Shown: piece after piece, positions 53,678 to 62,724 of the stretch | Layout of the letters: every line of letters begins with the position of its first letter | Numbering within the stretch: position 1 is the stretch's first letter | NCBI GenBank assembly: GCA_044236545.1 | Contig: JBIIGI010000005.1 | Span: forward strand, 1 to 62,724 | Origin: Chthoniobacterales bacterium | GTDB taxonomy: Bacteria; Verrucomicrobiota; Verrucomicrobiia; Chthoniobacterales; UBA6821 | Length of the DNA stretch: 62,724 bases | Direction: 5' to 3' | The notes under the pieces: generated by a model | What the model saw: only the letters and a program-made list of their open reading frames with translations | The model's database searches: none | What the model was told of the DNA's origin: nothing | Made by a program: the position numbers and the translations under genes

Positions 53678-54490
53678 TCAGATGTAGTTCTTGCGAAGCA
53701 TCTCGGCCACTGCCGGATCGATCCGTTCCCTGCACCGCACCTCATCGAATCGTTGAAGGAGATCCTCCGGCCGGACACGTGCACGTTCCGCGCCGCTCAG
53801 GTCGTGCAGGACTTCGCCGCGGTGCATCATGACGATGCGGTTCCCAAGGTTGACGGCCTGCTGCATGGAGTGGGTGACCATGAGCGTGGTCAGCTTATCG
53901 CGCTCGATGATGTCGTGTGTCAGCCTGATCACCTGATCGGCGCTCTTGGGATCGAGTGCCGCCGTGTGTTCATCCAGCAGAAGGAGTTCCGGTTTGAGCC
54001 ATGAAGCCATGAGCAGAGTGAGTGCCTGGCGCTGACCTCCCGAGAGGCTGCCTATGGGATTTTCCAAGCGCTGCTCCAGGCCCATGTTGAGTGTGCGGAC
54101 CCGGTCACGGAGTTCACCCATCATGCTGCGGTTTAATGCCCATCCCAGACCGCGCCGTTGGCCCCTTCGCGTCGCCAGGGCGAGATTTTCGGCGATCGTC
54201 ATCGTGGGAGCCGTTCCGCTGAAGGGATTCTGGAACACCCTCCCGATCAGTCGGGCGCGCTTGTGTTCAGTCCACCGCGTGATGTCGTGACCGCCGAGGG
54301 CAAGGGTGCCCTCATCCACCAAAAACGTGCCGGCCACAGCGTTGAGCAGGGTTGATTTGCCCGATCCGTTGGTGCCGATGATGATCAGGAATGTTCCATT
54401 TTCCAGACTGAGGCTGACATCGCGCAGGGCGCGCACCTCGTTGGGGGTTCCTGGATGAAAGGTCTTTCGGATGTGCGAGATTTCAAGCAT
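53678..54490 (-). CDS. ABC transporter ATP-binding protein
   Basis: 270 aa. Walker A GTNGSGKST, signature LSGGQRQAL and Walker B LLLLDEHTAALD. Confidence 0.9.
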   Translation of the reverse strand: MLEISHIRKTFHPGTPNEVRALRDVSLSLENGTFLIIIGTNGSGKSTLLNAVAGTFLVDEGTLALGGHDITRWTEHKRARLIGRVFQNPFSGTAPTMTIAENLALATRRGQRRGLGWALNRSMMGELRDRVRTLNMGLEQRLENPIGSLSGGQRQALTLLMASWLKPELLLLDEHTAALDPKSADQVIRLTHDIIERDKLTTLMVTHSMQQAVNLGNRIVMMHRGEVLHDLSGAERARVRPEDLLQRFDEVRCRERIDPAVAEMLRKNYI

Positions 54491-55427
54491 GACGTGAAGA
54501 TTTTGCCGCCGAAACCGACCTGAGTTTGCGGAGCATCGAGGGGGCGATCAGCGCGATGAAGACAAAGAGGGCCGTGATCAGCTTGAGGTCGTTGGGATTG
54601 AGCCCCCAACGCAACGCGATCGCCACCAGGAGGCGGAAGAGAACGGAGCCCATCACCGCTCCGATGATGACAAACCCGATACTCCCAGCCCCGACCAGCG
54701 CCTCGCCGATGATGACGCTTGCCAGTCCCCAGACGACCATCCCGATACCCATCTGAACATCGGCGAAGCCCTGATACTGAGCCAGCAGGGATCCAGCCAA
54801 GGCAATGAGCCCGTTGGAGATGGCCAGACCCAGGATCAGGATGAAGTCGACGCTCACCCCGAGGGCACGAATCATCTGGGCATTGTCCCCGGTTGCGCGC
54901 ATGGCGGTGCCCAGGTTGGTGCGGAAGAAGAGAAAGAGGGCCGTTCCCACCAAGGAGACGATCGCCGTGATGCCTAGGAGCGTCGAGGCGTCGCGAACGC
55001 TCACGGACCATCCGAAGAAATCCAGATCCTCTTTCCCACGGAAGAAGGTTGCAAAAAGCGTCTCTGCCTGACTCGTCAGCGTCGGTTCGTTCATCAAAGG
55101 GACATTGCTTTTTCCCATCACGTGCAGATTGACGGAATAGAGTGCCGTCATGACCAGGATGCCGCTGAGAAGTTCGTTGATCCTGAACTTGGTGTGAAGG
55201 ATTCCCGTGATCGATCCGGCGAGCATGCCGGCAATAAACCCCGCCAGAGTGGCCTCCCAGGGGGCGTAATGATGGACGAGCAGCGCCGCCGTCACGGCGG
55301 CCCCCAGAGTGATCGAACCGTCCGCGGTGATGTCGGGGAAACTGAAAATCCGGAAGCTGAGATAGACCCCGAAAGCCAGCAGGGCCAGGATGAGTCCGAT
55401 GGTGGTGGCGCCGATGAGGAGATTCAT
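54483..55427 (-). CDS. ABC transporter permease (BPD_transp_2-like; partner of PF04392-type binding proteins)
   Basis: 314-aa polytopic protein. The 8-bp overlap with the ATPase gene supports one operon. Confidence 0.85.
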   Translation of the reverse strand: MNLLIGATTIGLILALLAFGVYLSFRIFSFPDITADGSITLGAAVTAALLVHHYAPWEATLAGFIAGMLAGSITGILHTKFRINELLSGILVMTALYSVNLHVMGKSNVPLMNEPTLTSQAETLFATFFRGKEDLDFFGWSVSVRDASTLLGITAIVSLVGTALFLFFRTNLGTAMRATGDNAQMIRALGVSVDFILILGLAISNGLIALAGSLLAQYQGFADVQMGIGMVVWGLASVIIGEALVGAGSIGFVIIGAVMGSVLFRLLVAIALRWGLNPNDLKLITALFVFIALIAPSMLRKLRSVSAAKSSRHA

Positions 55428-55454
55428 AAAAAGTGTATCGCCGGGAGTTCGCGG

Positions 55455-56684
55455 TTATTTTTTCAGGGTCGGGCCCACCCAGCATGCGCCACGCATCAGG
55501 TCTGTTTCCCCGACTCCCTCAAACTCGCGTTCGTCAGCCATCAGGTGCATCACTGTCCGCAGCGATCCCGAAGAGATCAGCGAAGCAGCCGTCTCACCAA
55601 GGTCGATCTTTCCCTTGGGCAGGGGACGGTAGGGGAACGTCACCGCATGAAAGTGTCCCCTTGCGGAGGTCCCCGGCCCGATCGGGCGGAGAAACGGGCC
55701 GCTTTCCGGAGAGGGAACCCGTTCGGCAAAGCCGACAATCAGCGCAATGGCACGCTCCTCATCGCATTCCGTCGTGAACGAGAGCCAGTCCCGTACCTGC
55801 GGAAAGGAAAACGGGGAGTTTCCTTTGCCGATGTCCGGTGATCTGCGCAAGGAAGCCCCCACCACCCCGGCGCTCTCCGCAACGATCACGATGGCGACGG
55901 AATCAGATTTGGAGTTCTCCATGGCGGCCTCCACCATTTGACTCAGGCCAATCACCCCCTCGGTGCTGCCCGCAGCCTCGAATCGCATGAGAGAGGGGAA
56001 CTTTCCACGTGCCGTGATCCCGTAGAGAAGTTCCGCTTCGGGTAAAAACTCCCCCTCCGTGGTCTGGTAATCGGGAACGCTGCTTCCGTCCGTCGGGAGG
56101 GCGACGGCTGATCCGGCCACTGCGAGGAACTCCCCGAAACGGCCAGTCCCCAGCGACTGTGATCCGCCAAAGGATCCCACTCCGATGCCCAGAAAATCAG
56201 TGTCGCAACGCACTTTGGTGACATCTTCGGGCGAAAGTTCGCCGGAGGAGAGTTTCCCGGGACTTCCATGCAGCGCGGATTCCAGGAAAGGGTTGGGGGC
56301 CTCGCCGTGGGTTTCAAAAACGACACCCCCTCTTTCCCAAGTGAGGGATGGAGCCTTGATGGGTTCGGGTGCGTGATCCTGCTCCACCGAGACGATCAAT
56401 TGGGAAAGTCCAGCCAGCTTGAACACCTTGAGGATGCTCTCGATCGGTTCCGTGATGCGGAACGACCCCTTGACCGAGTTGAGTTGTTTATAGTGGGACA
56501 TCAGGACCCGGATGCCGGCGGAGCTGATGTAATTGACCCCCGAAAAATTCAGGATGATGTGGTGCTGACCGGAACGGACGGCCGTGTGGATGACGCTGCC
56601 GACATGATCCGACCAGTTGGCATCGAAGCGTCCGTTGAGGCGCAGTTCCAGATGCTGATCGTTGGGGTGTTGAGAGATCTCCAT
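55455..56684 (-). CDS. STAS domain fused to a domain of about 300 aa with no family recognised
   Basis: 409 aa. The N-terminal STAS is LELRLNGRFDANWSDHVGSVI...IILNFSGVNYISSAGIRVLM. I recognised no family for the remainder. It sits between the binding-protein and permease genes. Confidence 0.7.
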   Translation of the reverse strand: MEISQHPNDQHLELRLNGRFDANWSDHVGSVIHTAVRSGQHHIILNFSGVNYISSAGIRVLMSHYKQLNSVKGSFRITEPIESILKVFKLAGLSQLIVSVEQDHAPEPIKAPSLTWERGGVVFETHGEAPNPFLESALHGSPGKLSSGELSPEDVTKVRCDTDFLGIGVGSFGGSQSLGTGRFGEFLAVAGSAVALPTDGSSVPDYQTTEGEFLPEAELLYGITARGKFPSLMRFEAAGSTEGVIGLSQMVEAAMENSKSDSVAIVIVAESAGVVGASLRRSPDIGKGNSPFSFPQVRDWLSFTTECDEERAIALIVGFAERVPSPESGPFLRPIGPGTSARGHFHAVTFPYRPLPKGKIDLGETAASLISSGSLRTVMHLMADEREFEGVGETDLMRGACWVGPTLKK

Positions 56685-56710
56685 CGTCGTCTTGTTTGAG
56701 AAGTTGGACG

Positions 56711-58777
56711 TTATTCTTTTGCCGGAGCAATGGTGTTTTCCTGAGGGTGCTGGGACCCTGCCGCGGCCTCATCGAGGATCTCCTTGGGAAAGGTGATTCC
56801 GATCTTCTCGGCCTCGGGAAGGTTGAGCCAGAGCACCTTCTCCGCGACGTTTTCCATGGGGATCTTTGCGGGGCTTTCCCCTAGCAGGACGCGGGCAAGG
56901 GGCTTGGCCGCCGCATACCCCGGCTTGTAATATCCAAGGCCCACGCAGGCCACGGCGCCGCGTTTGGCAACTTCCGGATCGTCCACGAAGATCGGGATAT
57001 GAGCGTCACGGGCGGCCTTCACCACGGCCTCGAACCCCTGAAGGACGGTATTGTCACCCTCGATGTAGAGGGCGTCGACGTGGCGTCCGGCCAGCGCCTG
57101 TGCCGCCTGCAGCACATCCGCCGAGGAGGAGACGGTGATCTCGTCCAGCTTGATCCCGGCCTTTGCAAAGAGCCCCCGGGCCACCTCGATGACTTTCACC
57201 GAGTTGGCCTCCGAGGCGTTGTAGATGGTTCCGATCGTCGTTGCCCGGGGCATCACCTTGCGGATGAACTCCACCATTTCCGCGACAGGGGGGAAGGATC
57301 CGATTCCCGTCACGTTGGGAAGATGGTCGGTGAAGGATTTTCCTGCTCCCGCCGCCACGGGATCGCTGCAGTAGGTGAAGACGACGGGCTTCTTCCTGAC
57401 CATGCCGCAGGCGGCGCTGATGACGGGGGTCGACATCGGAAGAATCAGGTCGACGTCGGAGGATTCGAAGTTCTGGAGGAGGAGCGGGATGTTCGCGATT
57501 TCCGACTGGGCATTGGAGCGGCGCACCTCGAGGTTGTTCCCCTCCTCGAAGCCTAGGTCACGCAACCCGTCGATGATGCCCTTGATGCATGACTCGCATG
57601 CGGCCTCGGGAGCGAAATAGGCGAGGCCTATCTTGTATTGATGGCCGGGCACTGGCTTCAGAAGTGGGGAAGCGGCAGGAGGGTGCGAGGGAAGGTTCGT
57701 CTCCGTGGCGGTGATCCAGCCATTCGCCTGCTTGCGCAGGTCATCCGGAATAACCCACTTTTGTTTCAGGGAAGAAAGGACGGTATCATTGAAGTAAAAG
57801 ACCTTCGGGATGAGATTTTCAACGGGAACGTCCCCCGGGTTCTTGCCATCCAGGATGTCAGCCGCAAGATTTCCCACCGCCATTCCGATCTCGGGATAAT
57901 TGGCGCCAAGATCAAAGAGGGCGCCCTTCGAGACTTTCGGGGGGATGGAGGAGAATGTTGGGATGCCGGCTTTTTTGCAGGTGTTGATGATGGGCTCGGC
58001 GGCAAGGCTGACAGTGATGTCACCACTTAACCAGACAGCCTCGACGCCCCGCGAGATCAGCGAGTTGAGCGCCTCCAGGGCGGCGCTGCTGTTCTCGGCA
58101 TTGGCCTCCAAGAGGGTGATGCCAAGATCGGAGCAGACCTTCCGCGCGGCTTTGGTCTGGGCCAGGGAGTTGGCTTCGGCCGCATTCCAGACAAGGCCCA
58201 CGGTCTTGAGTTCGGGACGCATGGCGCGGGCCATTTTAAAGATGCTTTCGACGGGCTGCATCGATCCGTAGCCCGTCATGTAGGGAGGATGGAGGGCGTG
58301 GTTGGTGGGGTCGATCCCCACACCGGCGGCATAGGGATCGGTCACAATGCCAAAGACATGCTGAGTCCGGCTGCCGTTTCGATTGGCATTGGCCACCGTC
58401 TGAAGGGAGACCGTGCTGATGCTGATGATGAGGTCGTTTCCCCCGCCAGTGACCTCCCTCGCGATGGAGTTGGCTGTTCCGATGTCAGCCTCGGAATTGT
58501 AGTGCTTGACGGAAATTTTACCCCCATCGGAGTAACCGCGGTCAGCAAGTGCCTTGAACACCCCCTCCGCGCCCTCATCAAGGGCGGGAATTGATGCATG
58601 CTGGACCAAGGCAATCCGCAGGCTTTTACCGGGCTCTTTTTTTGCACCGTGCCGGCGCGAGCCCCTGTCGGCATTTAATAAAATCCCCCCCGCAACCGCG
58701 ATGAGAATCACTCCCAGCGAGAGCTTTTTGATGGTCTCAATCATGCGAGTGTTAAAAAACAGAAGGGACCAGGACAT
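56711..58777 (-). CDS. membrane-anchored ABC substrate-binding protein with tandem duplicated binding modules (alternative start 58744)
   Basis: 688 aa. N-terminal TM LSLGVILIAVAGGILL. Two homologous halves are visible: LRIALVQHASIPALDEGAEGVFKALADRGY... and YKIGLAYFAPEAACESCIKGIIDGLRDLGF... Confidence 0.8.
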   Translation of the reverse strand: MSWSLLFFNTRMIETIKKLSLGVILIAVAGGILLNADRGSRRHGAKKEPGKSLRIALVQHASIPALDEGAEGVFKALADRGYSDGGKISVKHYNSEADIGTANSIAREVTGGGNDLIISISTVSLQTVANANRNGSRTQHVFGIVTDPYAAGVGIDPTNHALHPPYMTGYGSMQPVESIFKMARAMRPELKTVGLVWNAAEANSLAQTKAARKVCSDLGITLLEANAENSSAALEALNSLISRGVEAVWLSGDITVSLAAEPIINTCKKAGIPTFSSIPPKVSKGALFDLGANYPEIGMAVGNLAADILDGKNPGDVPVENLIPKVFYFNDTVLSSLKQKWVIPDDLRKQANGWITATETNLPSHPPAASPLLKPVPGHQYKIGLAYFAPEAACESCIKGIIDGLRDLGFEEGNNLEVRRSNAQSEIANIPLLLQNFESSDVDLILPMSTPVISAACGMVRKKPVVFTYCSDPVAAGAGKSFTDHLPNVTGIGSFPPVAEMVEFIRKVMPRATTIGTIYNASEANSVKVIEVARGLFAKAGIKLDEITVSSSADVLQAAQALAGRHVDALYIEGDNTVLQGFEAVVKAARDAHIPIFVDDPEVAKRGAVACVGLGYYKPGYAAAKPLARVLLGESPAKIPMENVAEKVLWLNLPEAEKIGITFPKEILDEAAAGSQHPQENTIAPAKE

Positions 58778-58857
58778 ACAACGAGAAACTCATTAATAAC
58801 CGGCCAATCCCTTGTTAATTCGGTTTTTCGGTCTTTGGAAACGATCCCCGTTGCGAT

Positions 58858-60168
58858 TTAATCAGTTGCTTCCGATGTTAGCCGGACTGCGGTCAGACTG
58901 ATCAGGCTGACCGCCGCCATGATTGCGAGGTAAAGACCGACCGACCAGAGTCCGTGACTGATGGCAAGCGAGGTCGCAGCGTAGGGCGCGAGCGAGGCAC
59001 CGAGGATGCCTGCCAGATTGAATGCCAGGGAGGATCCTGTGTAGCGGATCTCCACGGGGAAGAGCTCCGATAGGAAGGTGCCCAGCGGCGCATAGGTCAA
59101 TCCCATCAGGATGAACCCGATGATCAGGGTGGCCATGACGCCCGGGAATCCCGCCGAGAAGAGGTGGCCGAAGGAGAGCCCGAAAACAAGGATCGCTGCG
59201 GAAGATACGATGAGCATCACTCTTCGTCCGATGCGCTTGGCCATCCATGCGGAGCAGGGGATCGAGAGCCCGAAGAAGAGGACGCCGACCAACTGGATCA
59301 CGAGGAAATTTTCCCGGCTGTAGCCCAGAGTGCTGGTCCCCCACGAGAGGCAGAAGACCGTCAGCAGATAGAAGATGACGAAGGTGGCCACGGCCCCGAG
59401 TGTTGCCAGAAGGAGGAGGGCAAGGTGACTGCGGAAGACCGTGATCATCGGCACGGCGACATGCCCCCGTCGGGCGTTCACCTCAAGGAACGCTGGAGTC
59501 TCGGTGATATGCAGACGCACATAGAGGCCAACAATGACCAGCATGCTGCTTGCGAGGAACGGGATCCGCCATCCCCAGCTCAGGAAGTGCTCGTTATCGA
59601 GGAAGGCGGTTAGAAGGAGGAAGATGCCTCCGGAGCAGAGGAATCCCAACGGAGCACCGAGCTGGGGGAACATCCCGTACCAGTCGCGCTTCCCAGGCGG
59701 CGCGTTTTCCGTGGCGAGCAGGATGGCCCCGCCCCATTCCCCTCCGAGGCCGAATCCCTGGCCGAAGCGGCAGAGCGCTAGCAGTACGGGAGCCGCCAGT
59801 CCGATCGATGCGTAAGTGGGGAGCAGTCCGATCGCGACCGTCGAGAGTCCCATGGTGAGCAGAGCCGCCACCAGGGTTGCCTTCCGGCCGATGCGGTCGC
59901 CGAAGTGTCCAAACACGGCCGATCCGACCGGACGGGCGAAGAATGCCAAGGCGAAAGTGGCGAGTGATTGGAGCGTCGCCGCCGTGGCATCCGAGGAGGG
60001 AAAGAAGAGCTTCGGAAAGACGAGCACCGCCGCCGTGGCATAGATGTAGAAATCAAAGAACTCAATGGCGGTTCCCGCTAGGCTGGCCGTAAGGATCCTG
60101 GCCGTGGAATTGGTCGCGGGGAAGTGGGGGGTGTTTGATGCGGGCATTTTCCAAGTAAGTCGATTCAT
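58858..60168 (-). CDS. MFS transporter, metabolite:H+ symporter (MHS) family
   Basis: 436 aa. GTAIEFFDFYIYATAA and GHFGDRIGRKATLV motifs. 12 TM. Confidence 0.85.
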   Translation of the reverse strand: MNRLTWKMPASNTPHFPATNSTARILTASLAGTAIEFFDFYIYATAAVLVFPKLFFPSSDATAATLQSLATFALAFFARPVGSAVFGHFGDRIGRKATLVAALLTMGLSTVAIGLLPTYASIGLAAPVLLALCRFGQGFGLGGEWGGAILLATENAPPGKRDWYGMFPQLGAPLGFLCSGGIFLLLTAFLDNEHFLSWGWRIPFLASSMLVIVGLYVRLHITETPAFLEVNARRGHVAVPMITVFRSHLALLLLATLGAVATFVIFYLLTVFCLSWGTSTLGYSRENFLVIQLVGVLFFGLSIPCSAWMAKRIGRRVMLIVSSAAILVFGLSFGHLFSAGFPGVMATLIIGFILMGLTYAPLGTFLSELFPVEIRYTGSSLAFNLAGILGASLAPYAATSLAISHGLWSVGLYLAIMAAVSLISLTAVRLTSEATD

Positions 60169-61283
60169 CCCCGGTGTGTTGCCTTCTCCTTGAAGGCCTG
60201 CCCGGCGGCATCCGCCGCCACGATGGCATCGACCACCATGGCGGCAGTCACTTTGAAAGGTTCGTTATGAATGGTTTCTCCGGTTGCGGTTGCCCGTGCG
60301 GCCACGGTCTGAAGCATTTCCGCAGAGAGGCTTTGGCATCCGATATCCGCAAGGGTCATGGGGAGTCCGACCGAAGCGGAGAACGAGAGCACCTCGTTCA
60401 GTTCGGCCTGAGCGGTTCCTTCCATTACCAACTGAACAATCACGCCGAAGGCAACCTTCTCGCCGTGCAGAAAGGAATGGGTTCCGGGTGCGGCGGTGAG
60501 ACCGTTGTGAACGGAATGTGCGGCTGCGAGTCCAGCGGACTCGAAACCCAGTCCCGAGAGCAGGGTGTTTGCCTCGATGATGCGATCAAGGGCCGGGGTG
60601 ATGGCCTTGCGTTCGGCGGAATGCATGGCTTCCACGCCATCCGCAAGCAATGTCTTGTGGCAGAGTTCCGCCAGTGCCAGGGCGCTCCGAGTTGGCAATC
60701 CGCCGCGCATGTTCCGGGCCCCCGATTTGGCGCAGGCCCTCGCCTCGAACCATGTTGAGAGAGCATCCCCCATGCCCGAGATGAGTTGCCGCACCGGGGC
60801 GTTCGCAACGATGCGTGTGTCGACCAGGACGAGGTCGGGGTTCCTGCCGTAAATCCTGAATTCCTGAAATTCCCCCGCCTCGTTGTAGATCACCGAGAGG
60901 GCGCTGCAAGGGGCGTCCGTGGACGCGATGGTGGGGCAGTTGACCACGGGGAGTCCGAGTTCGGCCGCCGCCGCCCGTGCCGCGTCGAGCGCCTTGCCTC
61001 CTCCGGCTCCGAGAATGGTTCTCGCTCCATCACTCCGAGCCACGGCGGCAATCCTTCCAATTTCGGCAAAGGTACACTCGCCGCCGAAGGGATGGATCCG
61101 GATTTCAATGCCTGCCGCGCCGAGGGTCTTTTCCCAAACCGGGCCGAGTTGGGCGCGGGCAGAGCGCCCGGCCACGATCAACACGGGACCCTTCAATCCC
61201 AAGACCGCCATCTCGGCACCGAGCGATTGGGTGGCGTCGGGGCCTTGGGTGTAACGGCATGGGGAGCTGAAGACGGCGTTCAT
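60165..61283 (-). CDS. gldA: glycerol dehydrogenase (iron-containing ADH family)
   Basis: 372 aa. GAGGGKALDAAR, PTIASTDAPCSALSVIY, and HSVHNG plus HGEKVAFG metal-ligand motifs. Confidence 0.85.
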   Translation of the reverse strand: MNAVFSSPCRYTQGPDATQSLGAEMAVLGLKGPVLIVAGRSARAQLGPVWEKTLGAAGIEIRIHPFGGECTFAEIGRIAAVARSDGARTILGAGGGKALDAARAAAAELGLPVVNCPTIASTDAPCSALSVIYNEAGEFQEFRIYGRNPDLVLVDTRIVANAPVRQLISGMGDALSTWFEARACAKSGARNMRGGLPTRSALALAELCHKTLLADGVEAMHSAERKAITPALDRIIEANTLLSGLGFESAGLAAAHSVHNGLTAAPGTHSFLHGEKVAFGVIVQLVMEGTAQAELNEVLSFSASVGLPMTLADIGCQSLSAEMLQTVAARATATGETIHNEPFKVTAAMVVDAIVAADAAGQAFKEKATHRG

Positions 61284-61330
61284 AATGGATTGGCTTCGGT
61301 GTGGAGGGGATGCGTGGTGATGGATCGGCC

Positions 61331-62724
61331 TCAGAACTTCTTCTGCTGGGCCATGGAGAACCAGTCGCCGCCGCCCGTTCCTGGCTTTCCCGAGTCGTTG
61401 CGCATGTAGCGGCTTAAGTCCTCCTTCCTTCCTCCTCGATCGGTGCCGGGGGCTCCCTTCGGTTGGCGCGGCGAGAGATCCACCTTGGTCTTGAGTGAGA
61501 GGGCGATGCGCTTGCGCGGCAGGTCGACCTCCATGACGGTGGTCTGGACTTTCTGGCCGACCTTGAGGAACTCCGCGGGGTTCTTCACGAAGTCATCGCT
61601 GATCTGACTGATGTGGACCAGTCCGTCCTGATGGACGCCGATGTCGACGAAGGCGCCGAAGGCCGTGACATTCGTCACGATGCCGGGGAGCTTCATGCCC
61701 GGCTGGAGGTCCTCCATCTTCTCCACCCCGTCGGCGAAGCTGAAGGCCTCGAACTGCTCTCGCGGGTCGCGGCCGGGCTTGGACAGCTCGGCGATGATGT
61801 CCTTGAGGGTGGGAAGGCCCACCTCCGGGGTGACATAGCGTTCGGGATTGATGGCGGCACGCTTGGCGGGATCACGCAGGAGATCCTGCACCGTGCAGCC
61901 GAGATCCGCAGCCATGCGGTCGACGAGTTCGTAGCGCTCGGGATGGACGGCACTGGCATCGAGCGGGTGGGCGCCGTCGCGGATGCGCAGGAAGCCCGCG
62001 GCCTGCTCGTAGGCCTTGGGTCCGAGGCCGCTGACCTTGAGGAGTTCCTGGCGTGACTTGAAGGGGCCGCTGGTGTCGCGGTGGGTGACGATGCTGGCGG
62101 CGGTGCGGGAGTTGAGCCCCGAGACGTAGGCAAGGAGGTGTCTGGAGGCGGTGTTAAGCTCCACTCCGACCTTGTTCACGCAGGAGATCACGACATCGTC
62201 CAGGGAACGCTTCAGCGCGGCCTGATCGACATCATGCTGGTACTGGCCGACGCCGATTGATTTCGGATCGAGCTTCACCAGCTCGGCGAGCGGATCCATG
62301 AGGCGGCGGCCAATGGAGACGGCTCCGCGGACGGTGAGGTCGAGGTTGGGGAACTCCTCGCGGGCAATCTCGCTTGCCGAGTAGATCGAGGCGCCGCTCT
62401 CGCTGACGACGACGATCTGGATGGAGGAGGGGAGCTTGAGCTTCTTGACGAAGGCCTCGGTCTCGCGCGAGGCGGTGCCGTTGCCGATGGCGATCGCCTC
62501 GACCTTGTGCAGGCGGACCATGTTGAGGATGGCCTCGGCTGCCTCGAGTTCCTCGCCGCGGCTTCTGCCCGGATAGATGACCTCGTTGGCGAGGAGCTTT
62601 CCCTGACGGTCGAGCAGGACGACCTTGCAGCCGGTGCGGAAGCCCGGATCGATGCCGAGGGTGATCTTCTGGCCGAGAGGGGAGGCGAGAAGGAGTTCGC
62701 GGAGATTGTCGGCGAAGACACGGA
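61331..62724 (-). CDS. tex: Tex-like transcription accessory protein (YqgF/HhH/S1 domains); 5' end runs off the window
   Basis: ORF 61331..62521 stays open upstream to the window edge. Hand translation gives ...LGIDPGFRTGCKVVLLDRQGKLLANEVIYP...NMVRLHKVEAIAIGNGTASRE. The C-terminal S1 domain is GMKLPGIVTNVTAFGAFVDIGVHQDGLVHIS. Confidence 0.85.
   Translation of the reverse strand, partial: RVFADNLRELLLASPLGQKITLGIDPGFRTGCKVVLLDRQGKLLANEVIYPGRSRGEELEAAEAILNMVRLHKVEAIAIGNGTASRETEAFVKKLKLPSSIQIVVVSESGASIYSASEIAREEFPNLDLTVRGAVSIGRRLMDPLAELVKLDPKSIGVGQYQHDVDQAALKRSLDDVVISCVNKVGVELNTASRHLLAYVSGLNSRTAASIVTHRDTSGPFKSRQELLKVSGLGPKAYEQAAGFLRIRDGAHPLDASAVHPERYELVDRMAADLGCTVQDLLRDPAKRAAINPERYVTPEVGLPTLKDIIAELSKPGRDPREQFEAFSFADGVEKMEDLQPGMKLPGIVTNVTAFGAFVDIGVHQDGLVHISQISDDFVKNPAEFLKVGQKVQTTVMEVDLPRKRIALSLKTKVDLSPRQPKGAPGTDRGGRKEDLSRYMRNDSGKPGTGGGDWFSMAQQKKF

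Noticed and set aside
1-62724. Search for rRNA, tRNA, transposases/IS ends, integrases, prophage, toxin-antitoxin and known defence genes
   Set aside because: None was recognised by eye on either strand. No tRNA-like T-arm (GGTTCGAATCC-type) contexts were seen outside coding regions. Absence cannot be proven without tRNAscan/Infernal/HMM runs.

Overview
This is a visibly GC-rich bacterial chromosomal window (GC not computed). Gene content and repeat style suggest a Verrucomicrobiota/Opitutales-like PVC organism, but that is inference only. I support about 60 protein genes. I recognised no rRNA, tRNA, CRISPR array, transposase, phage gene or classical defence gene.

Layout:
- 1-2286 (-): 2-oxoacid dehydrogenase E1alpha/E1beta/E2.
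- 2387-4202 (-): two tail-anchored coiled-coil proteins and YggS, followed by a divergent LysR regulator.
- 6765-24945 (+): an 18-kb co-directional respiratory supercluster. It holds Alternative Complex III actABCDEF, a CcoN-like protein that has lost all metal-ligand histidines, a CcoO-like protein and a cytochrome c, then aa3-type oxidase coxBA, ctaA, ctaB, coxC, SCO1, DUF420 and a (GCCGG)x4-tailed protein.
- 25071-26948 (+): APC permease fused to a Usp domain.
- 27729-30740 (-): an srs-like cluster (type III PKS, FAD-oxidoreductase, methyltransferase) split by a repeat element.
- 31015-37893: housekeeping genes (aat, guaA, coaD, yceD-rpmF-plsX-fabH, tatA).
- 38170-50209 (+): chemosensory operon cheA-cheW-mcp x3-cheR-cheB-cheX-cheY ending in a receiver-PP2C phosphatase.
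- 50265-52751 (+): an orphan sensor module and a Na/Pi transporter.
- 52996-58777 (-): a STAS protein, then an ABC importer operon carrying an embedded STAS-unknown-domain fusion and a tandem-duplicated binding protein.
- 58858-62724 (-): MFS transporter, gldA and partial tex.

The most interesting observations are:
- the cofactor-less CcoN paralogue wedged between ACIII and the aa3 oxidase;
- the possible chemosensory to PP2C to STAS partner-switch wiring;
- the STAS fusion inside an ABC operon;
- the Cys-pair-repeat protein in the oxidase biogenesis cluster;
- a C11 homopolymer inside one chemoreceptor gene;
- conserved receptor C-terminal tails ending in FRNF;
- several families of nested palindromic intergenic repeats.

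All functional calls come from reading motifs by eye. No database search was possible.
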